Positions 46,901 through 57,544 of a stretch of DNA of 64,000 nucleotides are shown piece by piece. A model generated the notes under the pieces. That model did not search any database and had not been told where the DNA came from. It worked only from the letters and a program-made list of their open reading frames with translations. Every line of letters starts with the position of its first letter. Within the stretch, counting starts at the first letter, position 1. This DNA is from Caecitellus pseudoparvulus (taxonomy: Eukaryota; Protista; Bigyra: Bicosoecida): the NCBI GenBank assembly GCA_965644315.1, contig CBFFRQ010000032.1:62001-126000 (forward strand). The letters run 5' to 3'. The translations under genes were made by a program, and so were the position numbers.

Positions 46901-48436
46901 AGCTCGCCGACGCCAGACCTCGGATATGGCGCCGTGGCCACACAAATTGGCATCAAGGCAAGCGATGCAGCTGTCTTTAGTATGTTTGGGGCGATTCTCC
47001 TGGTGCTGGCTCTGCTGTGCATGGTAGCGGCATTCTTCTTCTTGCGTGGGCGTGTTGCGGACGAACACCTACGGCTAGGGACATGCTTCGGCTTGGCCAT
47101 CGTCGTGTGCGCCGTGTGCCCCTACGCCTGCCGGCGGGCCTGTGGTGTTCCACAGCTCCCCAATCGTCCACGATCCGAAGCTGAGGACCAGCTTCCCAGC
47201 ACTGCGAAAAGCGGGGAAGCCAAGGAGCAGTCCACCAAGGCTAGAGACAGTGCACCGGGCGTGGGCGTAGCCCGCAGTCTGGACTTTGGCCAACCACTGC
47301 CCAAGCTGAGGGGGTGGTCAGACGCAACCGATGTAGACTCCGAGGGCTCCATTGGGTCGGTGTCTGACCTGCGCGTCATTCGAAGTGCCAGCGACATCAC
47401 GGACTTCAGCTCGCCCAGCGGCAGCAGCTCCCCTGAGCCTGCCCTGAAGCCGATTGTCGTGGACACCAAGCGCCTGCAGCGCGACGAAGCGTACAAGTCC
47501 TGGTACATGGCCAACCGCCTGCATATTTTGGAGCACAACAAGCGCGCATTTGCGGCATCTGCAACGCCCAGCCCCATTCGGCGGCAGGGCTCCGGCGGGC
47601 ACCGCACCGGGCAACTGCTTCGGGACTCGCCGACACGCCAGCCGCTGACGCCGAACGGGATGCTGTCCCGCAGCCGGCACAACATTTCCATGCACAGCGC
47701 CACGCGGAGAAGCTCGGCAGACATGCCACCTGAGGAGGGGCAGTCCGGCAGTGGTGGCAAGGAGCGGCAGCCGTCACCCCTTCGTCAGACGAGCAGGCTG
47801 GCAAGCACTAGTCCTCTGTTCCTGCCTGAGCGCGCAGAGCCGCTTCCCGAGGCTGACGCAAGTCGTGCAAAGCAGCAAGGGGCGTTTCAGGTTGACGAAG
47901 AGCGCCTGGCCAATGACCCGGCCTACCAGGCCTGGTTCGAAAAGCACAAGCACAAGCTGCAGGCACTTCGAACGGCTACCACGACGATGGCCGTGCTCGG
48001 AGCGCTGCGCCGAAACGGGCCTTCGAACAAGCCTGCCACACCTGCTGCAGCAGTTGTTGTTGAGGTGAACCCTGCCCGCCCTGCCTTCCAGGTGGACCAG
48101 GAGCGCCTGCGCAGCGACGAAGCGTATCGGGCCTGGTTCGAAGCCCACAAACACAAGCTCGGGCTGGGGGTAGCACAGCAAAGTGTAGAAGGTCCTTCCG
48201 AGTCCACCACAGCAAGCGCAGCGCGAGTTCCAGCCACGGCCCCTGGACAGGCCTCCGAGGATGCAGCCCCAGACCCCACATCGTTCCAGTTCAGCAACCC
48301 GCTGGTGGCGAAGCGGCTGCAACAGCGACAAGCTCACCAGCGAGCAGCCAGCACGTTTCAAGTTGACCAGGAGCGCCTGGGCTCGGATGCAGCGTATCGG
48401 GCCTGGTATGAAGCCCACAAGCACAAGCTCGGCTAG
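43930..48436 (+). CDS. Surface receptor: signal peptide, Reeler, LamG/ConA-like domain, Ser/Thr/Pro mucin stalk, TM, tail with 4 novel repeats; join(43930..44005,44076..44276,44348..44449,44520..48436)
   Basis: Spliced product reads HPLGIHTC..PGH..YT.G..Y.V..FRGFLV.A..LGSF..SCGGVTH..FSWTAP (Reeler). LWLPLDD..VDTSSNGRHA..FTGYVDDISIFGRAL is LamG-like. ~450-aa STP tract. TM FGAILLVLALLCMVAAFFFL. Introns are 70 (GC-AG), 71 and 70 nt. Confidence 0.85.
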
Positions 48437-48481
48437 CGCCGCGGGGGGGGAGTGCATTGCCGGACCACTGGGCGCCAGCGC

Positions 48482-49294
48482 CTACACACTCTTGGACGCT
48501 TGGATGCGGGCCATGGCAATGCTGCTGAACTGTTCGCAGGAGAACCCAGCGCTGGTGCTCGCGGCAACTTCCTCTGGTGTCAACTGGGTATCTTCCAGGC
48601 CAAGATTCTTCAACCCTGACGCGGGGGGCAGGGTGGTGCGGGGAAAGTGCGGGTCGCGTGTGGGGCACAGCACTTGCGGCTCGCCTCACCTGTCTGCACC
48701 TGGGCTGCAGAGATCACACCGCGGCCAGTCGGGTCAAATAGACTGAACATACCCTTGAGGTCATCTTCTGTGAAAAACGTCGGCTTGCGGTGGCCTGCGG
48801 CCTCCTCCTTCGCCACTCGCTGCAGCTCCTGGGAGATGAAGTCGAAGGCGTCCTCCGGCTTGTGGTACAGGGCGGCCGCACAGAGCTCCTCAAAGAGCGC
48901 TGGGAGCTTGTGCTTCTCAATGTATGCATGCGCGCTCTCTTCTGTGGGCCTGGCCTCGCTGGACACGTCGGGAAGGTTGCCTGTCTCCGCCACCGCTGCT
49001 TGGCACCTCGCAATTTCCGCAATCACCGCTGCCTTCGGGTCTTTTGGCTGGTTCAGCACGAGGAAACCAGTCAAATGCTGTGAATTCCGAAGAAGTTGGC
49101 AAGTTCAATCAGCCTTGTCACCGGCTTAGTACGTTGTGGCAGCTCAGGGTGCCCTGCGCCTGTTTTGCTGAAGCGCAGCAGCGACACTCTCATCGCGCCG
49201 AGCCACGCACTTGAAACAGGTCCACGACAAGGGCCTCGTTCGCATACGCATGTGCCGCCTCGAGAACTTTCACATTGTCCTCAGTTGCCGCCAT
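48482..49294 (-). CDS. EFCAB10-like protein with two RIIa/DPY30-type docking domains and an EF-hand; complement(join(48482..48615,48690..49077,49211..49294))
   Basis: AHAYANEALVVDLFQHLTGFLVLNQPKDP and AHAYIEKHKLPALFEELCAAALYHKPED are tandem D/D-like domains. FTEDDLKGMFSLFDPTGRGVIS is an EF-hand. Introns of 133 and 74 nt. Confidence 0.75.
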
Positions 49295-49589
49295 GGCTGG
49301 CCCCCTCTTTCTTGAGACCTTGCGCCTCTGGCTTTCGCCGGGGTACACGCCAACGGGTGACGAGAAACGCCTGGCGCACGCGACTGCTGGTGCCCGCTGA
49401 GTGGACAGCCGTGGCTGTAGCAATGAGCAGAGTCGGGGCACTCCAGCGCATGTCACGCACACTGCATTCGCACATTGCTGCTGTGATTTGATTGTGCAGA
49501 TGGAGTGTCCACAAGCGTGCCATCGCCTGTTGGGCGAGACGGAATCGATACAACGCAACACTTGTGAGCAGTGCAGGGCTCAGCCGCTG

Positions 49590-52549
49590 TCAGAGTGGTG
49601 GGGGGGCCACGCCCAACCTTCGTGCGCGGGAGGATCGCCGCTGAGGCATGGGGCTCGCCACAACGAACGCCTCACCTTGTGGAGCAGGCCCCGTGGAGCG
49701 CGTCGCCTCTTCGCACCCAGACTGACTCGTTTCGCCGCGTGCTGGGGCGCACTTGCTGGACGCAGAAACACAAGCACAGCGCAGGTAGAGGAAGAGCAGA
49801 GCGGCGTCCAACACCATCAAGGATGCTGCAGCAGCCAGGGCGGGTGCCAGGCCCGTCAGGCGCGTCCACCCCACCACAATGTTGACACCTGACCCGGCAA
49901 CCACGGTGCCTGCACAAGCCATGTGTGCGCCCCTCCACAGAGATCGCCTGAAACCCGCCTGAGGTGAGGGCCGCGCAAAACCGAGGCTCAGCTGAACTGC
50001 GCCGGCACAGAGCACAGCGAAGCCCAAAATGCCGTGCGGCGATGGAGTGTTGTCAGCGGCTCGATACGCAGTGGCCAGCGCTCCCGCACCCACCGCAACG
50101 CACATGCTCACAATGGCGACAGCTCGGTGGTAAACAAACCATGCGTTGTCGTTGGCTCCCTTTTTCTTGCTTCGGAACAGTGCGATGAGCGCAGTGAGCG
50201 GCATGCCCACACCCCACGCTAGCGTCATGAGCACCCCGTGCGCCAACGCCCAACCTGCAGTGCCAGCGGCTTGCACAGTGCCCGTGAAGAGGTTGAGGGT
50301 CCCTCCACCACGCTGCTGCCCATGCCCTGCCATGCCTCTGTCGCCAGTCCCCCCCGCTGCCCACGACATGGGCAGCACACCATCCGGGCCCACGGCAGTT
50401 GCCAGCGCAGCACCATTTGGGAGTGCTGCGAGGTGCAGCGGCAGCAACAGCGTCGTGATCACGCCTTCTGCGCTTCGTTGTACCACGCCGCCTGAGAAGC
50501 AGGGGTCAGAGCTGTGCACACCCTGGGCGCCAACGCTGCGCAGGTGGAAGCAGCTCAGGCCCCCACTGAGGCCCAGCGTGACGAGGGGTGGCACCACACC
50601 CAAGCTAGCCGCCGCAAGGTCAAACCCAGGCTGCACCACCAGCGCCAGGTGTCCTTCCATGCTCCCAGCTCTGCCTCCGAACGCTACCGAGTGCCAGACG
50701 CTCTCACTGCACGCCAGCTGCAGTGCAAGTGTCGCGTTGGGCGGCAGGGCGGTGGACGTCGACCTGACACTGCCCCCTGTGCCGCTGCCCAGCACAGACC
50801 ACGACAGAGTCAGCCCAGGCGCCACCTGCACATTGCGATGCTGGAAAGGTTGCAAGTCGGCCAGGCTCTGTGCCAATGTGGGCGCCTCCTCCGCCAGCAC
50901 AACCGTGTCGCGCACGTGTGCGTTGAGGGTGGGCGGAGCGTTCTGCGCATTCAGGGCGCTGCCTCGGTACACTGCACTGTCTGGCACTGCAAAGAGCTGC
51001 ACCAGCATCTGGGCGGCGTGGTGAGGTGGGGTTGTGGTGGGGGACACAGCCCATAAGGTCACTCGCACCTTGCCGCTGGCTGTGAGGGCGCGTCTCGCTA
51101 CCGCTTGGGAGTCACTGTCCCGCAGCACCCGCGCAGAGATGCCGAGGCTGGCGCGCGACATGTCGAGAGCGCCAAGCACGTCGTCCTCGACGTCAATCAA
51201 GAACGCAGTGTGGGCGGCAGAAGTCACCGGGCCAAGTGCATCGAGGACGGAAGCCAAGAAGGCGATGTCGACACTTGCCGAGCCAGCGGTGGGGAGCTGG
51301 CACTCTCCGGGCTGAAGCGCAGGACGCGCGGGTGGTTGGCAGGAGCTGCAGTCCACACCAGCGTACCCCGCGTCACAAGTGCAGGGGAGAAGGAGGGAGC
51401 CACTGCACTGCCCATGGCCGTTGCATGCGCTGGAAGCCCTGCAAACTATCGCGGGTGGGGGAGTCACGGACGGGCTTGTGCTAGGCGAGCCGCTCGGGGT
51501 GGAGCTTGCAGAGGTGGATGCAGTGTGCGTTGGCGTGCGCGTTGGCGTGTGTGATGCGGTGGAGCTTGGCGATGCAGTGGGACTTGGCGATGCAGTGCAG
51601 CTTGGCGATGTGCTTGGGGAAGAAGAAGGCGTGGCTGATGTGGAGGCGGTAGCACTGGTGCTGGGCGTTGCTGGGGGCGAAGCGCCTGGGGACAGGGAGG
51701 CGGACGGCGTCGCATCAGGTGACGTCGAGGATGTGGGCGTGGGCAGGCGTGAGGCAGAGGGTGTAGATGAGGGCGTGCCACTTGAAGAGGGCGACGCTGT
51801 GCCGGACGGACTGGATGAAGGCAGCGCAGTGCCGGAAGTGGACGGCGATGTTGTCGGCGATGTTGTCGGCGAGGTTGTTGGCGAGGATGTTGGCGATGCT
51901 GTCGGCGAAGGCGTTGCCGTTGGGGTTGTCGAGGGGGGCGGCGCTGCGGCAGACTCGGGCAGGGAAATCGAAGTGCTATAGAATGGAGAGGTGTACCGAG
52001 TGACAAATACTGCCCAGAGCGTCACAGTCCCCGTGCCTGCGGCTGGGGCGGTCCACTTGGTTGTGACGCTTGTCGGTGCTGCCAGCCGCGTTGCACCTGT
52101 GTGTGTGATGCCCCCCGGGCACGAGGACTGCGTCACGACCATGCCCCCTGCAGCAGAGTGGTCCCAAGTCCCCAGACGAGGGCCGCTAGTGCTGCTAGCT
52201 CCGGGGAAAACGGCAGCTACGAACCCCCGAAACGCCAGCGCTGGGTTGGCTGCCAGAAGTTGGAAGGTGTAAGTGCGCCCAGCTTGCCACGAAGAGACGA
52301 CTGACCCAGTGGACGCATCTAACAGGCGGGGCACGAGTCCCACAGTCTTGCCGTCATTTCCAGCCGTGCCGTGCCCTGGTACTGTCTGGCAGGAGGGGAC
52401 GCCTGCGGTGTGCCGGCCGAGAATCACCACGTGCGCAGTGCAGAAGGCGCGGGATTGCCGCCCTGCTCACCACCAGGGTAGCCAGTTGCCAGTGCAAGGA
52501 GCACAGCACATGTGCAGCATGTTAGCAAGGGCCGCGATCTGCTGCCCAT
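49590..52549 (-). CDS. FRRS1/SDR2-like ferric-chelate reductase family protein: signal peptide, Reeler, mucin stalk, EGF, DOMON-like, cytochrome b561; complement(join(49590..52402,52471..52549))
   Basis: Reeler YPGGVPSC..PGH..FRGF..ITH..WTAP. EGF CNGHGQC..CTCDAGYAGVDC. Four b561 His ligands in AHGVLMTLAWG, WFVYHR, HGILG and WRGAH. 68-nt GTGAGC..CCGCAG intron. Confidence 0.85.
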
Positions 52550-52701
52550 CGTCCCCTTGTCTCTTGTGCCCGGTGTGTATTGGCTGTGCGTGGCAGCGCA
52601 GCGTGCAAGTTCCGCAACGAAGTGACCACAGGAGCAGCCCACAGGAGGCCGGACGCGTACGGTGCGGCATGAGTGCTTTGTGGGCGTTGTGCATTGCCTC
52701 C

Positions 52702-54024
52702 TCACACTTCCCAGCCAGCATCGTGCACAGCGGCGCCGAGCGGGTCAGCGTGAGGGGGGGGCATGACCCACTCGAAGGGGGGCGGGCGGCGGTACGCTCG
52801 CGACAGCTCGCCCTTCTCCTTGAGTTTGAGCTCCTCCAGGGGGGACAGGAAGCCACCGCCTGGGACGATGTCTGCGTTGATGTCGGCCTGGTTGGCGGGG
52901 TCCCACTCCGCCATGGCCCCCTCATCCTGCGTGCTGGGGCTGTAGGTGGGGAAGGGGGGTGGCGCATCCGCACTCCACTGGCTCTTGCCGCGTGGCAGGG
53001 CGTCGGACATGCGAACCCAAGTGCCCTTGGGCCCCGCCACCGCCCCGATGACGTACACGAGGGAGCGCTTGACGTCAATCTTGAACACACGCAGGTTGCG
53101 CGTCGTCTGCACCTTGTACCCCATGCGCCCAGGCATCTTCTTGCCCTTCCACACGCGGCCGGGGTCTGTGCCTGCCCCCGTGCCTCCCAGGCTGCGGTGG
53201 GTCTTGGACACGCCGTGGGTGGCGGGCTGGCCCCGGAAGCCCCATCGCTTCATGGCGCCCTGGAAGCCCTTGCCCTGGGAGCGGGACTGGATGTCCACCA
53301 GCTGGCCAGGCACGAAGTGGCGGGCGTCGATGACGGAGCCCACTGGCAGTGCGGCGTCGGGCGTGACTTTGAACTCCCGCAGGATGCGCTTGGGCTCCAC
53401 GCCGGCCTTGGCGAAGTGCGCAGCCTGCGTCTTGGGCACCTTGGACGCCTTGGCTTCGGCGGCGCCGAGTTGCAAGGACACCAGGCCACGCTGGCGCTGG
53501 TTGGGAGGGGGGGACTCCTTCACTTGCACCACTTGGACGTCTTCCACCTGTGGCGAGGGGGTGTGGGCGCACGTTCGCTGCCCTGCTGACAGGCGAGAAG
53601 TGGCTGGTGCGTAATTCCGCACCTTCAGCACGGTGAGGGGCACGCGCACGCCCCAGGTGTCCCAGTCAGCGGTCATACCACACTTCAGCGCGACAACACC
53701 CGTGCGCACAGAGGAGGGGGTCCACTCGGCGCCTGTCGGCGCACCGCCCATCGCCTGTGGGTCGTACACCACCTGATGTGCTGGCAGGGCATTGGCGGTC
53801 ATGTCGTAGACAGTCTTGCGCCCCGGCAGCTCTGGGTCAGCTGGCACGGTCACGTTCGCTGAGCGCACGGCACTGCTCGTGTGCACAGCTCGCACTGCTT
53901 CCAGCATGGACGCCGTCCCACACACGCTGGCCGCAGTGGCAGAGGGGGCGAGGGCACGGCCCAACGCAGCCGAAACGCCACGAACACGCCATGCCGCAGT
54001 GCGGCAGGCAGTGACAGCAGCCAT
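52702..54024 (-). CDS. MRPL3: Mitochondrial ribosomal protein uL3m; complement(join(52702..53547,53623..54024))
   Basis: Motifs [39 protein letters not shown] and [12 protein letters not shown]. Arg/Ala-rich transit peptide. 75-nt in-frame GTGCGG..CCACAG intron. Confidence 0.95.
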   Translation of the reverse strand: MAAVTACRTAAWRVRGVSAALGRALAPSATAASVCGTASMLEAVRAVHTSSAVRSANVTVPADPELPGRKTVYDMTANALPAHQVVYDPQAMGGAPTGAEWTPSSVRTGVVALKCGMTADWDTWGVRVPLTVLKVRNYAPATSRLSAGQRTCAHTPSPQVEDVQVVQVKESPPPNQRQRGLVSLQLGAAEAKASKVPKTQAAHFAKAGVEPKRILREFKVTPDAALPVGSVIDARHFVPGQLVDIQSRSQGKGFQGAMKRWGFRGQPATHGVSKTHRSLGGTGAGTDPGRVWKGKKMPGRMGYKVQTTRNLRVFKIDVKRSLVYVIGAVAGPKGTWVRMSDALPRGKSQWSADAPPPFPTYSPSTQDEGAMAEWDPANQADINADIVPGGGFLSPLEELKLKEKGELSRAYRRPPPFEWVMPPPHADPLGAAVHDAGWEV

Positions 54025-54269
54025 GAGCACGTGCAAAGGATGCAGTCAGCAACGTGTGCGTGGTGGGGGGGGTGGGTGTTTCTGTGAGCGTAATTTGCTT
54101 GATGCAACGCTGTGCCGAGTCTGACGAGTTCTGGAGCTGTGTGTGGCACACCGTTGCTTGAGTCAACATCCAAACCCAGCCACTCTGCCATGCAACCCCG
54201 AGAGGTCCCACCTGTTTGAAAAGCTGCAGCCCCTCCGCATCCTCCAGTGCTTCACACGCTTGTACAACG
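54025..54269. promoter_or_regulatory. Probable bidirectional promoter between MRPL3 and BOLA3
   Basis: Only 245 bp separates the divergent ATGs. No specific element was identified. Confidence 0.45.
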
Positions 54270-54717
54270 ATGCTGAGGGCGGCAGTGGTTGCCGCTGGGC
54301 GGCTGGCGTCAGCGTCGAAACACACCCCCGCCGCACAGACCGGTGCCGTGATGGCGCGCAGTCTGGCCCCTGTTGTGGCCTTCAGCACTACTCCTGAGGA
54401 AACCATGGCTGCCAAGCTCCGCTCGGCTTTGGATGCCAGTGTGGCAGAGGTGACAGACTTGTCAGGTGCGGCGTGCATATTCCGCAGGCAAGCAGCGCAC
54501 ACCTGACAAGCCCACCGCCCCACTGACCGCGTGCATCACTCCAGGCGGCTGCGGCGCAACATACCGAGTGGTCATCGTGTCCCCCCAGTTCGAGGGGCTG
54601 TCCCTCGTGAAGCAGCACAAGCTGGTCAAGGCGACGCTGAAGGAAGACATTGCCGAGATGCACGCGCTGACGCTCAAGACCTACACGCCCGCCAAATACG
54701 AGGCGGAACGCACGTGA
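54270..54717 (+). CDS. BOLA3: Mitochondrial BolA-family protein, BOLA3 type; join(54270..54465,54545..54717)
   Basis: Spliced product reads VTDLSGGCGATY.V.IVSPQFEGLSLVKQHKLV..MHAL. N-terminal transit peptide. 79-nt GTGCGG..TCCAG intron. Confidence 0.9.
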
Positions 54718-54897
54718 AAGGGGGAGACCTCATAGGGAGCCGACAGCTGGGCCTGGGTTGCCGTGCCTTCTGCCGCCAGTGGCGGAGGCTCTCTGGAGCC
54801 AGCGCAGTGTAAGCTTCGCGACACAATCCCAAACGTCCACAGCGCAACCTCACCCCGTGGCCGTGGCGCGGTGAAATGCACTGCCGACTTGCCAGCC

Positions 54898-57450
54898 ATG
54901 CTTCGGTCCCCTTCCGCCGTCGCTGAGCGCCAGGCGGCTGCTCGGCGGGCCAAAGCGCAGGCCAGCCGAGCTGCCGCCTCGGAGGCCGTGTCCTCCAGCA
55001 CCCTGCGCCGTCTGCACCAGCGCGCGATGGCTCGTGAGGCACGGAGGCAGTCCATGGCCTTCCGGCGCATGCAGAACGACAGCAAGGACCTGTCGGCAAC
55101 TGGGCGGCGCCGCCTGGCACAGCGGGAGCTGGTGCCAGCGGAGCAGGCAGTCTTCGCCATGCCCAACACTGTCGCGGGCGACCGCATCGCCCAGGTCGCA
55201 CATGCCGAGTTGACGCAGCGCCTGGGTGCGCCGCACAACGAAGCAGGCGCTGCAACTCCAGCCCGGCACACTGTCCTGCCGCCTGCCTCTAGCCGTGCAG
55301 CTGAGGTGGAGGTGCTGGGACCCTTCGCGCAGTCGGCACGTCGCAGCGACCCGTCCGGCAGTGACCCCTCCAAGCCCCACTTCATGGCCCCCGACGCGTA
55401 CTTCGCCGAACTACTGGCCTCTGAGGGCGGTGTGTGTGTGAAGCGTGAGAAGGATCTGCACGCTGCCGAGACGCTGGAGCAGGTGCTGCTGTCTGCGCCG
55501 CCCTCGCGCCGTGTGCTGTGGTACACGCGGAAAGTCATCATTGCCGAGGTGGAGGCGGCGTTGCGCCTGCATGCACAGCTACTACAGGAGCGTGCTGAGG
55601 CGTTGCAGGTACGGCGCAGCAGCCAGGCAGCCCAGGCGGCGACCTTCCGGCGCCAGCGACGGGGCAATGCGGAACTTGAGGCGAGCACCCTGCCTCGCTC
55701 GGCACGCCTGCGCTCCACGGCCAGGCAACTGCTGGGCACGGGCAGCGTGTCCGTTGATGAGAGTAAGGCGGACACGGCTGCTGAGCGTCGTAGCGGCAGC
55801 GGGCGGGGCCTCAGTGTCTGTGACAGCATGGCTACCATCTTGGCGTTTGGGTCGACGCCGCCGGCCACGAGCAAGGCGAGCGTGCAAGACCTGCAGGCCA
55901 GCCTGGCCTCTGCCCGCAGCGGCACGCTGGCCAGCACTGCCACGCTGGCGACAGCGGCCCGTGTGCGGCGCACACCCCTCCTGACGGACGATTTGCGGGG
56001 TATGGCGGTGGCGGACCCGGTGCTGCGAGGGTGGATCCTGGAGCGCTATCGGCACTACAAGGCCTTGGACCTGGCCGACGCAGCCAAGCGGCGCGACCGG
56101 CAGGCTTCGCGAGCACACGGCAGCGCTGCCAGCCACGACACGGCGACGCTGGCCCTGGCGGCGGAGGTGGATGTGGCCGCTTCCACTGCCAGCCTGCCTG
56201 TGGGGGGGGGTGGCTCTCCAGGCGCTGTCGGGACGGCGCTGGTGTCTGCGGCCACGCAGAGCTTCGAGGAGGCCCACCCTGACCTGCTGCCTAGTGACAG
56301 TGACAGCGAGCCAGAGGCGGGGTGGACCGGGCTCAGCACCGTGTCCAGTGAGGGGGGGGATAGGGAGGATGCTGCTGCCGCCGCCGCTGCTGCTGGGATG
56401 GCAGCCAGTCTCCCCGAGCTGGCTGAGCTGGATGCCGTGTTGGCCATTTTCCGAGCACACACGGACGAGGTCCAGGCGCCGACGCTGCGGGATGGGGCGC
56501 GTATTACGCAGGCCGGCGCCGCCACCCGACGCCCAGGCGGCGTGGCCACCCACCCAGCACTGGTGGGCCCACCACCAGTGCACCAACCGCCAGCTCCCAC
56601 CTCCCCTCGCCCCCGCCCAGTGGACCCCGTCACCGGACTGCCCACCCGGCGCCCCCGCATCCCGACAGCCCCCTCCTCTGCCTCCCTGCGCCTGCTCGCC
56701 TCCGCCTCCGTGTCAGCGGCAGAGCTGCCCATTGTACCACCTCTGCAGCTGTTCCCGCCCGACGGCGATGCTGACCAACACGCCAACGCCGCCGTCACCG
56801 CCGCACACGTGGCGCGGGCCATGGCGGCGCGCAGTGGGCCACAGCGCCAGGGGGCCGCCATCCACGGCGTGCCAGCCGCCGCAGGGGCTGACCGGGCGCG
56901 CATGCCTGCGTCTCAGGCCTCTGCTCGCCGTCTGGCGGCCAGTGGGCGAGGTGGCGGGGGAGGGGGTGAGGCGTCCATGGCTACGCCCCACCCAGGCTGG
57001 TCCGCCCACAACAGGTGCATGTCGGCTCGCGACACCAAGGCCATGGCTCACGACCCACGTCTGGACATGCTGTGGCGGGACTGTGCCAATTTCGGTGCCG
57101 TGTGGAGTGCCCGGCGGGATAAGGCCAGCCGGCATGCGGCGGCACATGCGGCACAGCGGCAGGCGGCTGAGGAGGCCACCCATGCGTTGCAGCAAGTTGA
57201 TGCGTTTCAGCACGCCCTGGAGCAGCGGTCTGCGTTGCAGAGCCAGCAGCAGGCGGACAAGTACGGCTTGGATGAGGGGCGCGCAGGTGACGTCTTCCCT
57301 GGCATTTGGGCGGGAGGTGAGGCAGATGGGCTCCGTGCCACACGGGGTGCTGACGCTACCGGCATGCTAGACGCCAGGCGAGGCGTGTCACGGGTGTACG
57401 ACCCTCTTGGGCCGCACTGGGGTGCAGAGGGGAAGAGTAAATCCGAGTGA
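54898..57450 (+). CDS. Uncharacterised 850-aa Ala/Arg-rich protein with coiled-coil and disordered segments
   Basis: Long ORF filling the space between BOLA3 and PHTF, with the ATG in GCCAGCCATG context. No domain recognised. Confidence 0.65.
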   Translation: MLRSPSAVAERQAAARRAKAQASRAAASEAVSSSTLRRLHQRAMAREARRQSMAFRRMQNDSKDLSATGRRRLAQRELVPAEQAVFAMPNTVAGDRIAQVAHAELTQRLGAPHNEAGAATPARHTVLPPASSRAAEVEVLGPFAQSARRSDPSGSDPSKPHFMAPDAYFAELLASEGGVCVKREKDLHAAETLEQVLLSAPPSRRVLWYTRKVIIAEVEAALRLHAQLLQERAEALQVRRSSQAAQAATFRRQRRGNAELEASTLPRSARLRSTARQLLGTGSVSVDESKADTAAERRSGSGRGLSVCDSMATILAFGSTPPATSKASVQDLQASLASARSGTLASTATLATAARVRRTPLLTDDLRGMAVADPVLRGWILERYRHYKALDLADAAKRRDRQASRAHGSAASHDTATLALAAEVDVAASTASLPVGGGGSPGAVGTALVSAATQSFEEAHPDLLPSDSDSEPEAGWTGLSTVSSEGGDREDAAAAAAAAGMAASLPELAELDAVLAIFRAHTDEVQAPTLRDGARITQAGAATRRPGGVATHPALVGPPPVHQPPAPTSPRPRPVDPVTGLPTRRPRIPTAPSSASLRLLASASVSAAELPIVPPLQLFPPDGDADQHANAAVTAAHVARAMAARSGPQRQGAAIHGVPAAAGADRARMPASQASARRLAASGRGGGGGGEASMATPHPGWSAHNRCMSARDTKAMAHDPRLDMLWRDCANFGAVWSARRDKASRHAAAHAAQRQAAEEATHALQQVDAFQHALEQRSALQSQQQADKYGLDEGRAGDVFPGIWAGGEADGLRATRGADATGMLDARRGVSRVYDPLGPHWGAEGKSKSE

Positions 57451-57544
57451 AGAATGCAAGGTTAGCGCAATGGTGAGTGCTTCAAGCCGGTCTTCGTGAG
57501 CAGGACTTGCTCCGCACTGCGCGCAAAATTGAGGTACCCTGTGA

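Noticed and set aside
49590-54717. Iron-metabolism gene cluster (ferric reductase-like + BOLA3)
   Set aside because: Only two genes, in different compartments and separated by MRPL3; chance adjacency is sufficient.
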